The position numbers were made by a program, and so were the translations under genes. DNA of 40,166 nucleotides from Candidatus Nanopelagicales bacterium. Lineage in GTDB: Bacteria > Actinomycetota > Actinomycetes > Nanopelagicales > Nanopelagicaceae. The notes under the pieces are model-generated. The model was not told the origin of the DNA and ran no database searches. It worked only from the letters and a program-made list of their open reading frames with translations. Positions 22,474-30,909 of this stretch are shown piece by piece (position 1 is the stretch's first letter; each line of letters starts with the position of its first letter). Where the stretch lies: positions 1 through 40,166 of the forward strand of contig JAURJF010000002.1 in assembly GCA_030832365.1 (NCBI GenBank), in the 5' to 3' direction.

Positions 22474-25029
22474 CTAATGGGCTGCTAAATCCCAACTCTT
22501 TCCAAAGCCAATATTGACATCAAGGGGCGCCTTTAGCTCAAAAGCGCTTCCCATCTGCTTTCTTACCAAAGCTTCCATGGCCTCATGCTCGCCCTTGGCA
22601 ATTTCAAAGATTAATTCATCATGGACTTGAAGTAATAGCTTTGAAGATAAATTCTCACTCTTCATAGCTTTTTCAACATTTAGCATCGCAACTTTAATGA
22701 TGTCCGCAGCAGATCCTTGAATCGGTGCATTAAGGGCCATGCGCTCTGCCATTTCACGACGCCCACGATTTTCATGGTTTAGATCAGGTAGATAACGTCT
22801 TCTGCCAAGAATTGTTTCGGTATAGCCTTTCTCCCGCGCAATCTTTACAACTTCCTTCAAATAATCTTGAATGCCGCCAAATCTCTCGAAGTACTTACTC
22901 ATCAAAATACTGGCATCAGTTGGTGAGATATCTAATTGATTGGCAAGGCCATATGAAGATAGGCCATAGGCCAGGCCATAAGACATAGCTTTTATCTGCC
23001 TTCTCATATCTGCATCTACTTTTGATACCGGTACATCAAATACTTGTGCGCCAACAGTTGAATGCAAGTCCTCCCCTGTCCTAAAGGCCTCAAGTAGTCC
23101 CTTGTCATCTGATAAATGGGCCATGATTCTCATTTCAATCTGGCTGTAATCAGCAGTTAAGAGATCAACAAATGGCTCTTGAGCGATAAAACAGTTTCTA
23201 ATTCTTCTCCCCTCATCACTTCTAATCGGGATATTTTGTAGGTTCGGCTCTGTTGATGAAAGTCGGCCTGTTGCAGTTGTGGTCTGCTGGAAAGTGGTGT
23301 GAATTCTGCTATCAGCTTTAGTTGAATTAAGTAGCCCCTCAACTGTAGTTCTTAGCTTTCCAACTTCGCGAATTCGAAGAAGTGATGCTAGAACTGGATG
23401 CTTTGTTGTTGAAAAGAGCCACTCTAAAGATTCGGCATCAGTACTAAAGCCAGTTTTGATCTTCTTCGTTTTAGGAAGCTTTAACTCTTCGAATAGAACT
23501 ACCTGAAGTTGCTTAGGAGAGGCTGCATTAAATTCATGGCCCACTTCTTTATAAGCAAGCGAGGTTGCCTCTGCCTCTTCTTTTCCAAAGAAGTCCAGAA
23601 GTGATTTCATCTCCTTGCTATCAATAGCAATTCCAGTTGCCTCCATTGCAGCCAAAACATGCATTGTTGGCATCTCTATCTGGTTATATAGATCTAGGCA
23701 GCTCATAGCTTCAAGTTCTTTTGAAAGCACTCTCCAGAGCTCTTGAAGATAGCAGGTGACACTTGGATCCCAATCTGAAGTGAATAGGTCGCCAGGTGAG
23801 TTATCGAGCTCAATACCAAGATACTTTTGCAAAAGATCGCTAAGTGCAATCTCTCTTGAACCGGCATTGATTAAATAAGCCGCAACTTCAGTATCAACAG
23901 CTACCGCACTTAAGATTTTGGAAGAGATCGCTTGCTTTGCTCCATGGAAGATAAATCCTTTGAAGCTAGAAATCACATCTGCTACCTGGCCAATCTCAGC
24001 AACTAATACCGCCTCTGGCTCTACCGAAATTGCTGCCTGACTCTCAGAAAGAAGTAAACCCACAGGGCCTGTGCTAGAAGTGAGCGCTTTTTCAAATTCA
24101 ACTCTATTTACCTCTCGAACGCTCACCTTTTTCGCGTCAATTTCTTTTACTTGCCCATCTTTAGCAAAAGGAGCAACCCTTGCTTTAAGAGCTTTAATCT
24201 CTAATTTATCAAAGAATTTATTCACCTTTGAAATCTCAACACCGCTCCATGAAAGATCTGCTAGATCAGGTGATAGTGGCAAATCACTTCTTAACTGAGT
24301 CAACTCACGATTAGTAATTACTGAAGGTAGAGCTGTCCGTAACGCCTCGCCTGCTTTACCTGGAACGGTATCTACTTTGGCAATTAAGTCTGAAAGAGAG
24401 CCAAACTCCTGAATCCACTTAGTTGCTGTCTTCTCACCGACCCCGGGAATCGAAGGCAAGTTGTCACTTGGATCACCTCGAAGGGCGGCAAAGTCAGGAT
24501 ATTGTTTTGGTGTTAGCCCATACTTTTCTAAAACTGCACTTGGTGTCATTCTTGCTAGCTCGGTAACGCCTTTTTTTGGATAGAGAACAGTTACTTGATC
24601 ACTTACTAATTGAAATGAGTCACGATCTCCAGAGCAGATATATACCTCTGCATCGTCGCTAAAGTGCTTCACAAAAGTTGCAATTACATCATCAGCCTCA
24701 AAACCTTCAAGCTCAAAGTGTGGAATCGCAAAGGCATCTAGGAGCTCATTGATATAGGAAACCTGGGAGCGAAACTCCTCAGGAGTTGCTGCTCTATTTG
24801 CTTTATATTCTGGAAACTTCTCTGATCTAAAGGTCTTGCGAGATACATCAAATGCTGTTGCAATGTGAGTTGGCTTCTCATCTCTGATTAGATTTATCAG
24901 CATCGAGGCAAAACCGTAGATTGCATTTGTGGGTTGACCGGCAGAGGTGGAAAAGTTCTCAACTGGCAGGGCATAGAAAGCTCTAAAGGCCATTGAATGG
25001 CCATCGAGTATGAGCAACTTCTTCTTCAT
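22474..25029 (-). CDS. polA: DNA polymerase I
   Basis: It has a 5'-nuclease domain (LLILDGHSMAFRAFYALP), polymerase motif A (DYSQIEMRIMAH), motif B (RRQIKAMSYGLAYG) and motif C (QVHDELIFE). The ORF track starts at GTG 25068. ATG 25029 (MKKKLLILDGH) is the homologous start, giving 851 aa. Confidence 0.97.
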   Translation of the reverse strand: MKKKLLILDGHSMAFRAFYALPVENFSTSAGQPTNAIYGFASMLINLIRDEKPTHIATAFDVSRKTFRSEKFPEYKANRAATPEEFRSQVSYINELLDAFAIPHFELEGFEADDVIATFVKHFSDDAEVYICSGDRDSFQLVSDQVTVLYPKKGVTELARMTPSAVLEKYGLTPKQYPDFAALRGDPSDNLPSIPGVGEKTATKWIQEFGSLSDLIAKVDTVPGKAGEALRTALPSVITNRELTQLRSDLPLSPDLADLSWSGVEISKVNKFFDKLEIKALKARVAPFAKDGQVKEIDAKKVSVREVNRVEFEKALTSSTGPVGLLLSESQAAISVEPEAVLVAEIGQVADVISSFKGFIFHGAKQAISSKILSAVAVDTEVAAYLINAGSREIALSDLLQKYLGIELDNSPGDLFTSDWDPSVTCYLQELWRVLSKELEAMSCLDLYNQIEMPTMHVLAAMEATGIAIDSKEMKSLLDFFGKEEAEATSLAYKEVGHEFNAASPKQLQVVLFEELKLPKTKKIKTGFSTDAESLEWLFSTTKHPVLASLLRIREVGKLRTTVEGLLNSTKADSRIHTTFQQTTTATGRLSSTEPNLQNIPIRSDEGRRIRNCFIAQEPFVDLLTADYSQIEMRIMAHLSDDKGLLEAFRTGEDLHSTVGAQVFDVPVSKVDADMRRQIKAMSYGLAYGLSSYGLANQLDISPTDASILMSKYFERFGGIQDYLKEVVKIAREKGYTETILGRRRYLPDLNHENRGRREMAERMALNAPIQGSAADIIKVAMLNVEKAMKSENLSSKLLLQVHDELIFEIAKGEHEAMEALVRKQMGSAFELKAPLDVNIGFGKSWDLAAH

Positions 25030-25037
25030 CGCACTTA

Positions 25038-25043
25038 ATCTTA
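25038..25043 (-). promoter_or_regulatory. Candidate -10 hexamer (TAAGAT) 8 nt upstream of the polA ATG
   Basis: The reverse strand reads CCTAAGAT-TAAGTGCG-ATG. There is no SD, and the gap between the probable starts of the divergent genes is only 39 bp. Confidence 0.3.
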
Positions 25044-25055
25044 GGCATTGCCACA

Positions 25056-25061
25056 TACAAT
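25056..25061 (+). promoter_or_regulatory. Candidate -10 hexamer (TACAAT) 7 nt upstream of the thioesterase ATG
   Basis: TACAAT-TGCCCAC-ATG. This is a near-consensus -10 with no SD and leaderless spacing. Confidence 0.35.
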
Positions 25062-25068
25062 TGCCCAC

Positions 25069-25473
25069 ATGACAGACTTCAATGAGATATTAAATGATCG
25101 TGGCCGCGGGGCCCTAGATAAGAAGATGGGAATCGAAATCACCGAAGCTAGCTCGCAGCGCCTAGTTGGCAGAATGCCAGTTGAGGGAAATACACAACCA
25201 TTTGGCCTGCTTCATGGCGGAGCAAATGTTGTTCTAGCTGAAAGTTTAGGCTCGATTGGAACCCATCTACATGCAGGGCCTACTAGAAGAATTGTTGGAA
25301 TTGAGATAAGTGCAAGTCACCATAAAAGCGCAACAGAGGGATATGTGACTGCGGTTGCAACAGCGGTAACCCTTGGAAAAACTCTCTGCACCTATAACGT
25401 AGAGATTACAAACGATAAGGGTGAGAAGACCTGCACTGCAAGAATTACCTGCCTTATCCTTGCTCAGCGCTAG
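25069..25473 (+). CDS. Hotdog-fold acyl-CoA thioesterase, PaaI/YdiI(MenI)/YbdB family
   Basis: The core MPVEGNTQPFGLLHGGANVVLAESLGS closely resembles E. coli YdiI/YbdB (QPFGLLHGGASVVLAES). The ORF track starts at TTG 25048. ATG 25069 (MTDFNEILN) is more likely. Confidence 0.8.
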   Translation: MTDFNEILNDRGRGALDKKMGIEITEASSQRLVGRMPVEGNTQPFGLLHGGANVVLAESLGSIGTHLHAGPTRRIVGIEISASHHKSATEGYVTAVATAVTLGKTLCTYNVEITNDKGEKTCTARITCLILAQR

Positions 25474-26202
25474 TTAATCTAGTTCGTGCGCTCCAGTTCC
25501 AAGATAAGCAGATTTAACATGAGGATCGTTTAACAGATCCTTACCCTTTGCTTCCTTGGTGATATTTCCAACTTCTAATACATAAGCCCGATCAGAACGT
25601 TGAAGTGCTTGCTGAGCATTCTGCTCAACTAGAAGAATTGTTACCCCAATTTTATTAATCTGGGTAATGATGCGAAAAATATTGGCAATCATCTGCGGGG
25701 CAAGTCCCATTGAAGGTTCATCAAGAAGGAGCACTTTTGGCTTGGACATCAGCGCTCGCCCAATAGCAAGCATCTGCTGCTCACCGCCAGAGAGAGTTCC
25801 TCCGGCCTGAGTAGATCTCTCTTTGAGGCGAGGAAATAGTTCATAGACCGTTGCTAAATCCTCTGCAATCTCAGACTTCTTCATCTTGAGGTGGTATTTA
25901 CCAAGTTCTAAATTTTCAAGAACGCTCATACCAGGAAAGATTCCACGACCCTCAGGAGCCTGAGATATTCCAAGTGAGACTCTCTGATGCGCCTTATATT
26001 TCAAAATATCTTCACCGTCGTAGGTGATACTTCCTGAGGTTGGATTTAATAACCCTGAAATGGTTTTAAGGAGAGTAGTTTTTCCAGCGCCATTGGCTCC
26101 AATGAGAGAGACAATTTCGCCCTGATTTACTACAAGTGAAATGCCTTTTACTGCCTCAATTTTTCCATAGGCAACGCGAAGATCATTAATTTCAAGACGC
26201 AT
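25474..26202 (-). CDS. livF: Branched-chain/hydrophobic amino-acid ABC transporter ATP-binding protein LivF
   Basis: 242 aa. Walker A GANGAGKTT, signature LSGGEQQ, Walker B LLLDEPS, and the LivF-type C-terminus (DPHVKSAYLG). Confidence 0.9.
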   Translation of the reverse strand: MRLEINDLRVAYGKIEAVKGISLVVNQGEIVSLIGANGAGKTTLLKTISGLLNPTSGSITYDGEDILKYKAHQRVSLGISQAPEGRGIFPGMSVLENLELGKYHLKMKKSEIAEDLATVYELFPRLKERSTQAGGTLSGGEQQMLAIGRALMSKPKVLLLDEPSMGLAPQMIANIFRIITQINKIGVTILLVEQNAQQALQRSDRAYVLEVGNITKEAKGKDLLNDPHVKSAYLGTGAHELD

Positions 26203-26968
26203 CTTCAGGTACTCCTAAATAAGCCTCAATAACTCTTGGGTCATCTTGAACCTTGCGTGGTGAATCATCAGCAATTTTCTGTCCAAAATCTAGAACTACA
26301 ACTCGATCTGAAACCTTCATAACTAGAGACATGTCATGCTCAATTAAAAGAACTGTGTATCCAGCATCACGAATCTTTCTAATTGTTGCCGCCAACTCAA
26401 CTTTCTCTGCAGGGTTAAAACCTGCCGCTGGCTCATCAAGGAGAAGTAACTTTGGCTCTGCTCCCATTGCTCTTGCAATCTCAAGTCTTCTCTGCACGCC
26501 ATAGGGAAGATTCTTTGCAAGGCGATCTGAGTACTCGCCAATTCCTATGAAATCTAATAGTTCTTGCGCTCTTGCTTTATCACGCTTTTCTTCGCGACGT
26601 GAAACTGGGAAACCGAATAAACCTGAGACTAAACCAGATTTTTTATGGGTATCAGCAGCCGTCATAACATTCTCAAGAGCAGTCATATCTCCCCAGAGAC
26701 GAATGTTCTGGAAAGTTCTAGCCACTCCCCTTTTTGTAATCTTATAGCGCTTAACGCCAGCTAGAGATTTTCCATCAAAAATAATCTCACCTGAAGTTAT
26801 TTGATATACGCCAGTAATTACATTGAATACAGTTGTCTTTCCTGCGCCATTAGGTCCAATCAGGCCAAGAATTTCCTTCTCTTTAACATCAAAGCTCACA
26901 TCGCCAAGTGCGGTTACGCCACCAAATTTCATAGTGACATTCTTTAGCTCAATTAAGGATGTACTCAT
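26192..26968 (-). CDS. livG: Branched-chain amino-acid ABC transporter ATP-binding protein LivG
   Basis: 258 aa. Walker [33 protein letters not shown], and the LivG-type C-terminus ([10 protein letters not shown]). Confidence 0.9.
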   Translation of the reverse strand: MSTSLIELKNVTMKFGGVTALGDVSFDVKEKEILGLIGPNGAGKTTVFNVITGVYQITSGEIIFDGKSLAGVKRYKITKRGVARTFQNIRLWGDMTALENVMTAADTHKKSGLVSGLFGFPVSRREEKRDKARAQELLDFIGIGEYSDRLAKNLPYGVQRRLEIARAMGAEPKLLLLDEPAAGFNPAEKVELAATIRKIRDAGYTVLLIEHDMSLVMKVSDRVVVLDFGQKIADDSPRKVQDDPRVIEAYLGVPEDAS

Positions 26969-27984
26969 GAGGCATCCTTTTTCACAATTGCTTTTTCTCG
27001 CTTCTTTCTAGGAAGAATTCCATCTGGACGCAGATTCATCATGAGGACCAAAACCAAGCCAAAAACTAGGAGACGGGCATCTGATAAGAAGCGAATACGG
27101 TCAGGAAGATAACCAAGGATTACTGCGCCAAGAATGACTCCCCAGATATTTCCCATTCCACCAAAGACCACGCAGGCAAGGATTAATATCGAAATTTGAA
27201 GCGTGAAATTATCTGGAGCGATAAAGAGAGTCTTTGATGCATAGATAACTCCAGCAGCTCCGCCAACAGATGCCCCAAGGACGAAGGCCCAAACTTTATA
27301 TTTAAATGTTGGAACGCCTAGTAACTCTGCTGCATCTTCATCTTGGCGGATAGATTCCCAAGCACGGCCAGCGCGGCGCGCAGATAGTCGTCTTACCATC
27401 CAGATAGCAAGCAAGATAAGAATCAAAAGAGTCCAGTAATAAATGCGATGGCTATCAAAAGCATATTCGATGCCAAATATCCCAGGAGGAGTTGGAATTC
27501 CTTGAATTCCCTCAGACCTTCCCAATGCTCCAAGATTTAGCGCAACAATTCTGACAATCTCCCCAAAGCCCAAGGTAATGATGGCTAGATAATCACCACG
27601 AAGCTTTAAAGCTGGAACACCGAGAATAATTCCAGAGAACATAGCCATAGCGATTCCAATTGGCAGAATCTCCCAGGTATTTAATTCAGTCTTAGTTCCA
27701 AGCAAGCCCATGGTGTATGCACCAATTGCAAAAAATGCCACATAACCCAGATCTAGTAGACCGCTCTTTCCAATAACAATATTTAGGCCAATTGCCATAA
27801 GAACAAACATGGCAATCGGATAGACCAGAACTGATTCGTAATCAGCTACTGGGGTATTAAGAAAAGTTCCTCCCATAAATGGCAGCGCAGCAACAATTGC
27901 AATTGCGCCCACGGCTATAGCCACGCGACCAACGCGTCCCTGGCTCTCCCAGATCTCTGCTCCCTTATCGCGAAGATTAAACAT
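26965..27984 (-). CDS. livM: Branched-chain amino-acid ABC transporter permease LivM
   Basis: 339-aa polytopic membrane protein of the LivH/LivM family, in the order livK-H-M-G-F as in E. coli. Confidence 0.88.
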   Translation of the reverse strand: MFNLRDKGAEIWESQGRVGRVAIAVGAIAIVAALPFMGGTFLNTPVADYESVLVYPIAMFVLMAIGLNIVIGKSGLLDLGYVAFFAIGAYTMGLLGTKTELNTWEILPIGIAMAMFSGIILGVPALKLRGDYLAIITLGFGEIVRIVALNLGALGRSEGIQGIPTPPGIFGIEYAFDSHRIYYWTLLILILLAIWMVRRLSARRAGRAWESIRQDEDAAELLGVPTFKYKVWAFVLGASVGGAAGVIYASKTLFIAPDNFTLQISILILACVVFGGMGNIWGVILGAVILGYLPDRIRFLSDARLLVFGLVLVLMMNLRPDGILPRKKREKAIVKKDAS

Positions 27985-28934
27985 TATGCCCTCGTCTGGG
28001 TTAGAGCTTCACCGAATAACCCGTTCGGCCTGGTGTAGAGAACTAATACAAGAACCACAAATACTGTTACAGCTTTCCATTGAGTGCCAAGGAAGAAAGA
28101 GGCATAGGTTTCAAGCAGGCCTAGCGCAAGGCCGCCATAGAAAGCTCCCTTAATATTTCCAATTCCGCCCAAGATAGCAGCGGTAAATGCTGCAATTCCT
28201 AATTCAAATCCAATAAAAGCCGAGGTATTTTCATACTTTAAGGTGTAGAAAAATCCTGCTGCGCCTGTCATTAAGCCACCAACTAAAAATGTTGCAGAAA
28301 TAACTCCATCTATATTTATGCCCATCAAGCGAGCTGCATTTGGATTCATTGATACAGCGCGAATTGCTTTACCCATTCGAGTCTTATTGACGAAGGTAAT
28401 GAGAATTCCAAAGAGAACTAGAGCTGAGATTACGATTATGGTGTTATCTATTCTGATACCGGCGTCAAAGAATTGACCAAGAAACTTTTTTTCCATCGCC
28501 CTAGGACTTGCTACTGGCCTGGAATCAGTAAGTATTCGAACAGATTCTGATAGCACCATTGAGACCCCGATTGCTGAAATCAAAGGAGCAAGTACTCCAG
28601 AGTTCATCCTTCGCAATCTGCGATAGGCCACCATCTCAACTAACATGGAGAGAATGCCAGAAACCAACATCGAAGAGATTAGCGCTGTTCCAAGTATTAG
28701 CCAGAGGCGAAAGCCTGTTGCATACTCTGATGTTTGTGTGAATTGAAAGACATCTTTGATTATTATGATGGTTGCAAACGTTCCAACCATGAATATCTCG
28801 GAGTTAGCAAAATTGATCATACGCAGGACGCCGTAAACCATTGTGTAGCCAAGAGCTATAAGAATGTAAATAAAGCCCAAGCTTAAGCCGCCAAATGTCA
28901 GCGACCAGAACTGATCTAGAAAGTTTCCTATCAA
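27984..28934 (-). CDS. livH: Branched-chain amino-acid ABC transporter permease LivH
   Basis: 316-aa polytopic membrane protein of the LivH family. TTG start. Its stop shares 1 nt with the livM ATG (TAATG). Confidence 0.88.
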   Translation of the reverse strand: MIGNFLDQFWSLTFGGLSLGFIYILIALGYTMVYGVLRMINFANSEIFMVGTFATIIIIKDVFQFTQTSEYATGFRLWLILGTALISSMLVSGILSMLVEMVAYRRLRRMNSGVLAPLISAIGVSMVLSESVRILTDSRPVASPRAMEKKFLGQFFDAGIRIDNTIIVISALVLFGILITFVNKTRMGKAIRAVSMNPNAARLMGINIDGVISATFLVGGLMTGAAGFFYTLKYENTSAFIGFELGIAAFTAAILGGIGNIKGAFYGGLALGLLETYASFFLGTQWKAVTVFVVLVLVLYTRPNGLFGEALTQTRA

Positions 28935-28969
28935 GGCGCCTGATTCCTATCTAAAACTTTGAATTAGAG

Positions 28970-29005
28970 TTTCGGCAGGCCCTCTATTACGAGAACCTGC
29001 CGAAA
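28970..29005 (-). terminator. Long intercistronic stem-loop between livK and livH (possible partial terminator or mRNA stabiliser)
   Basis: Reverse-strand RNA UUUCGGCAGGUUCUC-GUAAUA-GAGGGCCUGCCGAAA forms a stem of about 15 bp (13 Watson-Crick pairs plus 2 G.U) with a hexaloop. It starts 19 nt after the livK stop. No U-tract follows on this strand, so it is not a canonical intrinsic terminator. Confidence 0.45.
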
Positions 29006-29024
29006 ACCATTTTTTCCTACTTTA

Positions 29025-30173
29025 TTACTTTACAGCTCCTGTGAACTTGATAACGCCATTCTTGACTTCGAAGCCATTCATGACGCCACCAGCAACATCA
29101 CCAAATTGATTGAACTTGATGGTGGTACCTGTAAGTGACTTGCCGCTATATGCCTTAACGCACTTAAGCATTGCATCGCGTGTTGAAACACCCTTTGCAA
29201 TACAGCTTAGGAATACGTTTGTAGCATCAATGGACTCAGCAGCGTAAACGCCTGAGGCCTTACCCATCTTCTTTGCGAAATCCGCTTCAAGCTTTGCATC
29301 GATTTCAGCAAGTGGGACTGTTCCTGCAGTTAGACGAACACCTTCGAGAACTGATGCTGGAGCAAGAGTTACGAAAGTTGGGCTTAGTACGCCGTCGCCA
29401 CCTGCAAGGATTCCGGTGTATCCGCTATCACGTAGCTGCTTGAAGAATGGTGCAGCCTGTGGGAAGTAACCGGTGTAAATAACAACGTTTGCGCCAGCGG
29501 TCTTAACCTTGGCGATTGTTGCAGACCAGTCAGTCGTCTTATCAGAGACGCTATCAAAGCCAGCTCCTTGACCTGCTGGAATTGTTGGCTTCATGTAATC
29601 AACTAAACCAACGCCATAAGCAGATTGGTCATCAACAATGTATACCTTAGGTGATGAGACACCCTTTGTCGCTAGTTTAAATAGCGCTGGTCCCTGAACC
29701 TTGTCGGTAGGAACTACACGGTGGAACACTGGGAAACCAATGTTTCCTGCCGCTGCATCGGTGATTGACACACGAGTTGCAGATGGTGAGACCATTGCCA
29801 AGTTGCGCTGCTTGTAATAAGGAAGCGCTGCAATAGTTGCACCTGAGTAAGCAGCTCCGACAAGACCAATAATCTTCTTGTTTGATGCGATTCCTGGAGC
29901 AACCTTTGCAGATTGTGCTGGATCGCCCTGGTCATCAGCTTGAACTACCTTGACTTTGTACTTACCTTTATTCTTTGCGTTAAAGAGTTTGATGGCATAA
30001 AGCATGCCAGCCAATTCATCCTGACCAACTGATGCTTCTTCACCGGTTAGAGGACCCTGAAACGCGAGGGTGATTCTCTTAGCTTTTGCATGCGATGCTG
30101 GTGCGAAGCCAACAAGTGACGACACAGCCAATGCGGCCGCTGCAGCAACCGAAATTAATCCACGCTTTTTCAT
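29025..30173 (-). CDS. livK: ABC transporter substrate-binding protein, LivK/LivJ (type I PBP, Leu/Ile/Val-binding) family
   Basis: 382 aa. It has an N-terminal signal sequence (MKKRGLISVAAAAALAVSSLVGFAPASHA) and a type I periplasmic-binding fold, and is the first gene of the liv operon. Ligand specificity cannot be read from the sequence. Confidence 0.85.
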   Translation of the reverse strand: MKKRGLISVAAAAALAVSSLVGFAPASHAKAKRITLAFQGPLTGEEASVGQDELAGMLYAIKLFNAKNKGKYKVKVVQADDQGDPAQSAKVAPGIASNKKIIGLVGAAYSGATIAALPYYKQRNLAMVSPSATRVSITDAAAGNIGFPVFHRVVPTDKVQGPALFKLATKGVSSPKVYIVDDQSAYGVGLVDYMKPTIPAGQGAGFDSVSDKTTDWSATIAKVKTAGANVVIYTGYFPQAAPFFKQLRDSGYTGILAGGDGVLSPTFVTLAPASVLEGVRLTAGTVPLAEIDAKLEADFAKKMGKASGVYAAESIDATNVFLSCIAKGVSTRDAMLKCVKAYSGKSLTGTTIKFNQFGDVAGGVMNGFEVKNGVIKFTGAVK

Positions 30174-30306
30174 TTAGTACCTTTCATTCATGATCATGCC
30201 CCCTGGGACAGGGAGGAGTGAAGGTTAGCCTTAGGTTCAACTGCAGGGCAACCGGGTTCATCGCTTGGAGAATTACATTCCTGTTACTTTTTGATGAAAA
30301 GCGAGG

Positions 30307-30327
30307 TGCTCCTACTTATTAGGAGCA
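30307..30327 (-). terminator. Hairpin spanning the pdtaR stop codon (weak terminator or attenuator candidate)
   Basis: Reverse-strand RNA UGCUCCUA-AUAAG-UAGGAGCA forms an 8-bp stem. It is followed by CCUCGCUUUUCAUC, so the U-run is short and offset by 6 nt. Confidence 0.3.
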
Positions 30328-30908
30328 GCCGAGGGGTCAATTACCGCCCTAGCCACCTCTTTCATGGAAATTCGCCGATCCATCGCTGCCCGCTGAATCC
30401 ATGAGAATGCTTCAGGTTCTGAAAGGTTTAGCACCTTCATCAAAATTCCTTTAGCCCTGTCAATTAACTTTCTACTCTCAAGTCTTTCATGAAGATCACT
30501 AACCTCAAGTGCTAAAGATTTCATCTGCCTATGTCGGCTAATTGAGATCTCAATTGCTGGAATTAAATCATTAATTGTAAATGGCTTAACAACATATGCC
30601 ATCGCTCCAGCATCACTTGCCCGCTCTACCAAATCTCTCTGACTAAAAGCGGTGAGCATTAGAACTGGAGAGATTTCAATTATCTGGCTAGCAGCAGAGA
30701 TTCCATCGAGGATTGGCATCTTTACATCAAGGATTGCTAAATCAGGTTTTAACTCTTTTGCAAGATCTATTGCCTCTTGGCCATTGCTTGCCTGGCCAAC
30801 TACTTCATATCCAGATTCACTTAGCATCTCAACCAAATCCATACGGATTAAAGTTTCATCCTCAGCAATTAGGATGCGATGCGCTCCAGATTTAATATTA
30901 GTACTCAC
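30312..30908 (-). CDS. pdtaR: ANTAR-domain response regulator (PdtaR family)
   Basis: 198 aa. It has a receiver domain (RILIAEDE...DLAILDVKMP...LTAFSQRDLVERASDAGAMAYVVKPF) and a C-terminal ANTAR domain (RKLIDRAKGILM...EAFSWIQRAAMDRRISMKEVA). It aligns along its whole length with my recollection of M. tuberculosis PdtaR. The only in-frame canonical start is GTG 30908. Confidence 0.9.
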   Translation of the reverse strand: MSTNIKSGAHRILIAEDETLIRMDLVEMLSESGYEVVGQASNGQEAIDLAKELKPDLAILDVKMPILDGISAASQIIEISPVLMLTAFSQRDLVERASDAGAMAYVVKPFTINDLIPAIEISISRHRQMKSLALEVSDLHERLESRKLIDRAKGILMKVLNLSEPEAFSWIQRAAMDRRISMKEVARAVIDPSAAPNK

Positions 30909-30909
30909 G

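Noticed and set aside
25030-25068. N-terminal extensions in the ORF track: polA MGNCMWQCLRLSA, thioesterase MPHTIAH (TTG 25048), uvr[14 protein letters not shown] (20317), gap MVIL (10478).
   Set aside because: The extensions are not part of the conserved protein N-termini. They would make divergent or tandem genes overlap by 20-38 nt, and better-placed internal ATG or TTG starts exist. They are kept only as alternative starts.
30189-30198. Perfect 10-bp palindrome CATGATCATG 16-25 nt upstream of the livK ATG, a possible operator.
   Set aside because: A zero-spacer 5+5 palindrome is expected about once per kb by chance, roughly 40 times in this window. There is no second copy or flanking symmetry. 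This is not significant without conservation data.
30174-30311. Canonical ANTAR RNA target (two tandem hairpins with AxxGxx hexaloops) in the livK leader.
   Set aside because: I examined every A..G hexamer (AAAGUA, AAUGUA, AGCGAU, AAGGCU) and none is closed by a usable stem. Only a triloop hairpin and a tetraloop hairpin are present. The motif is not supported by eye and needs a covariance-model scan.
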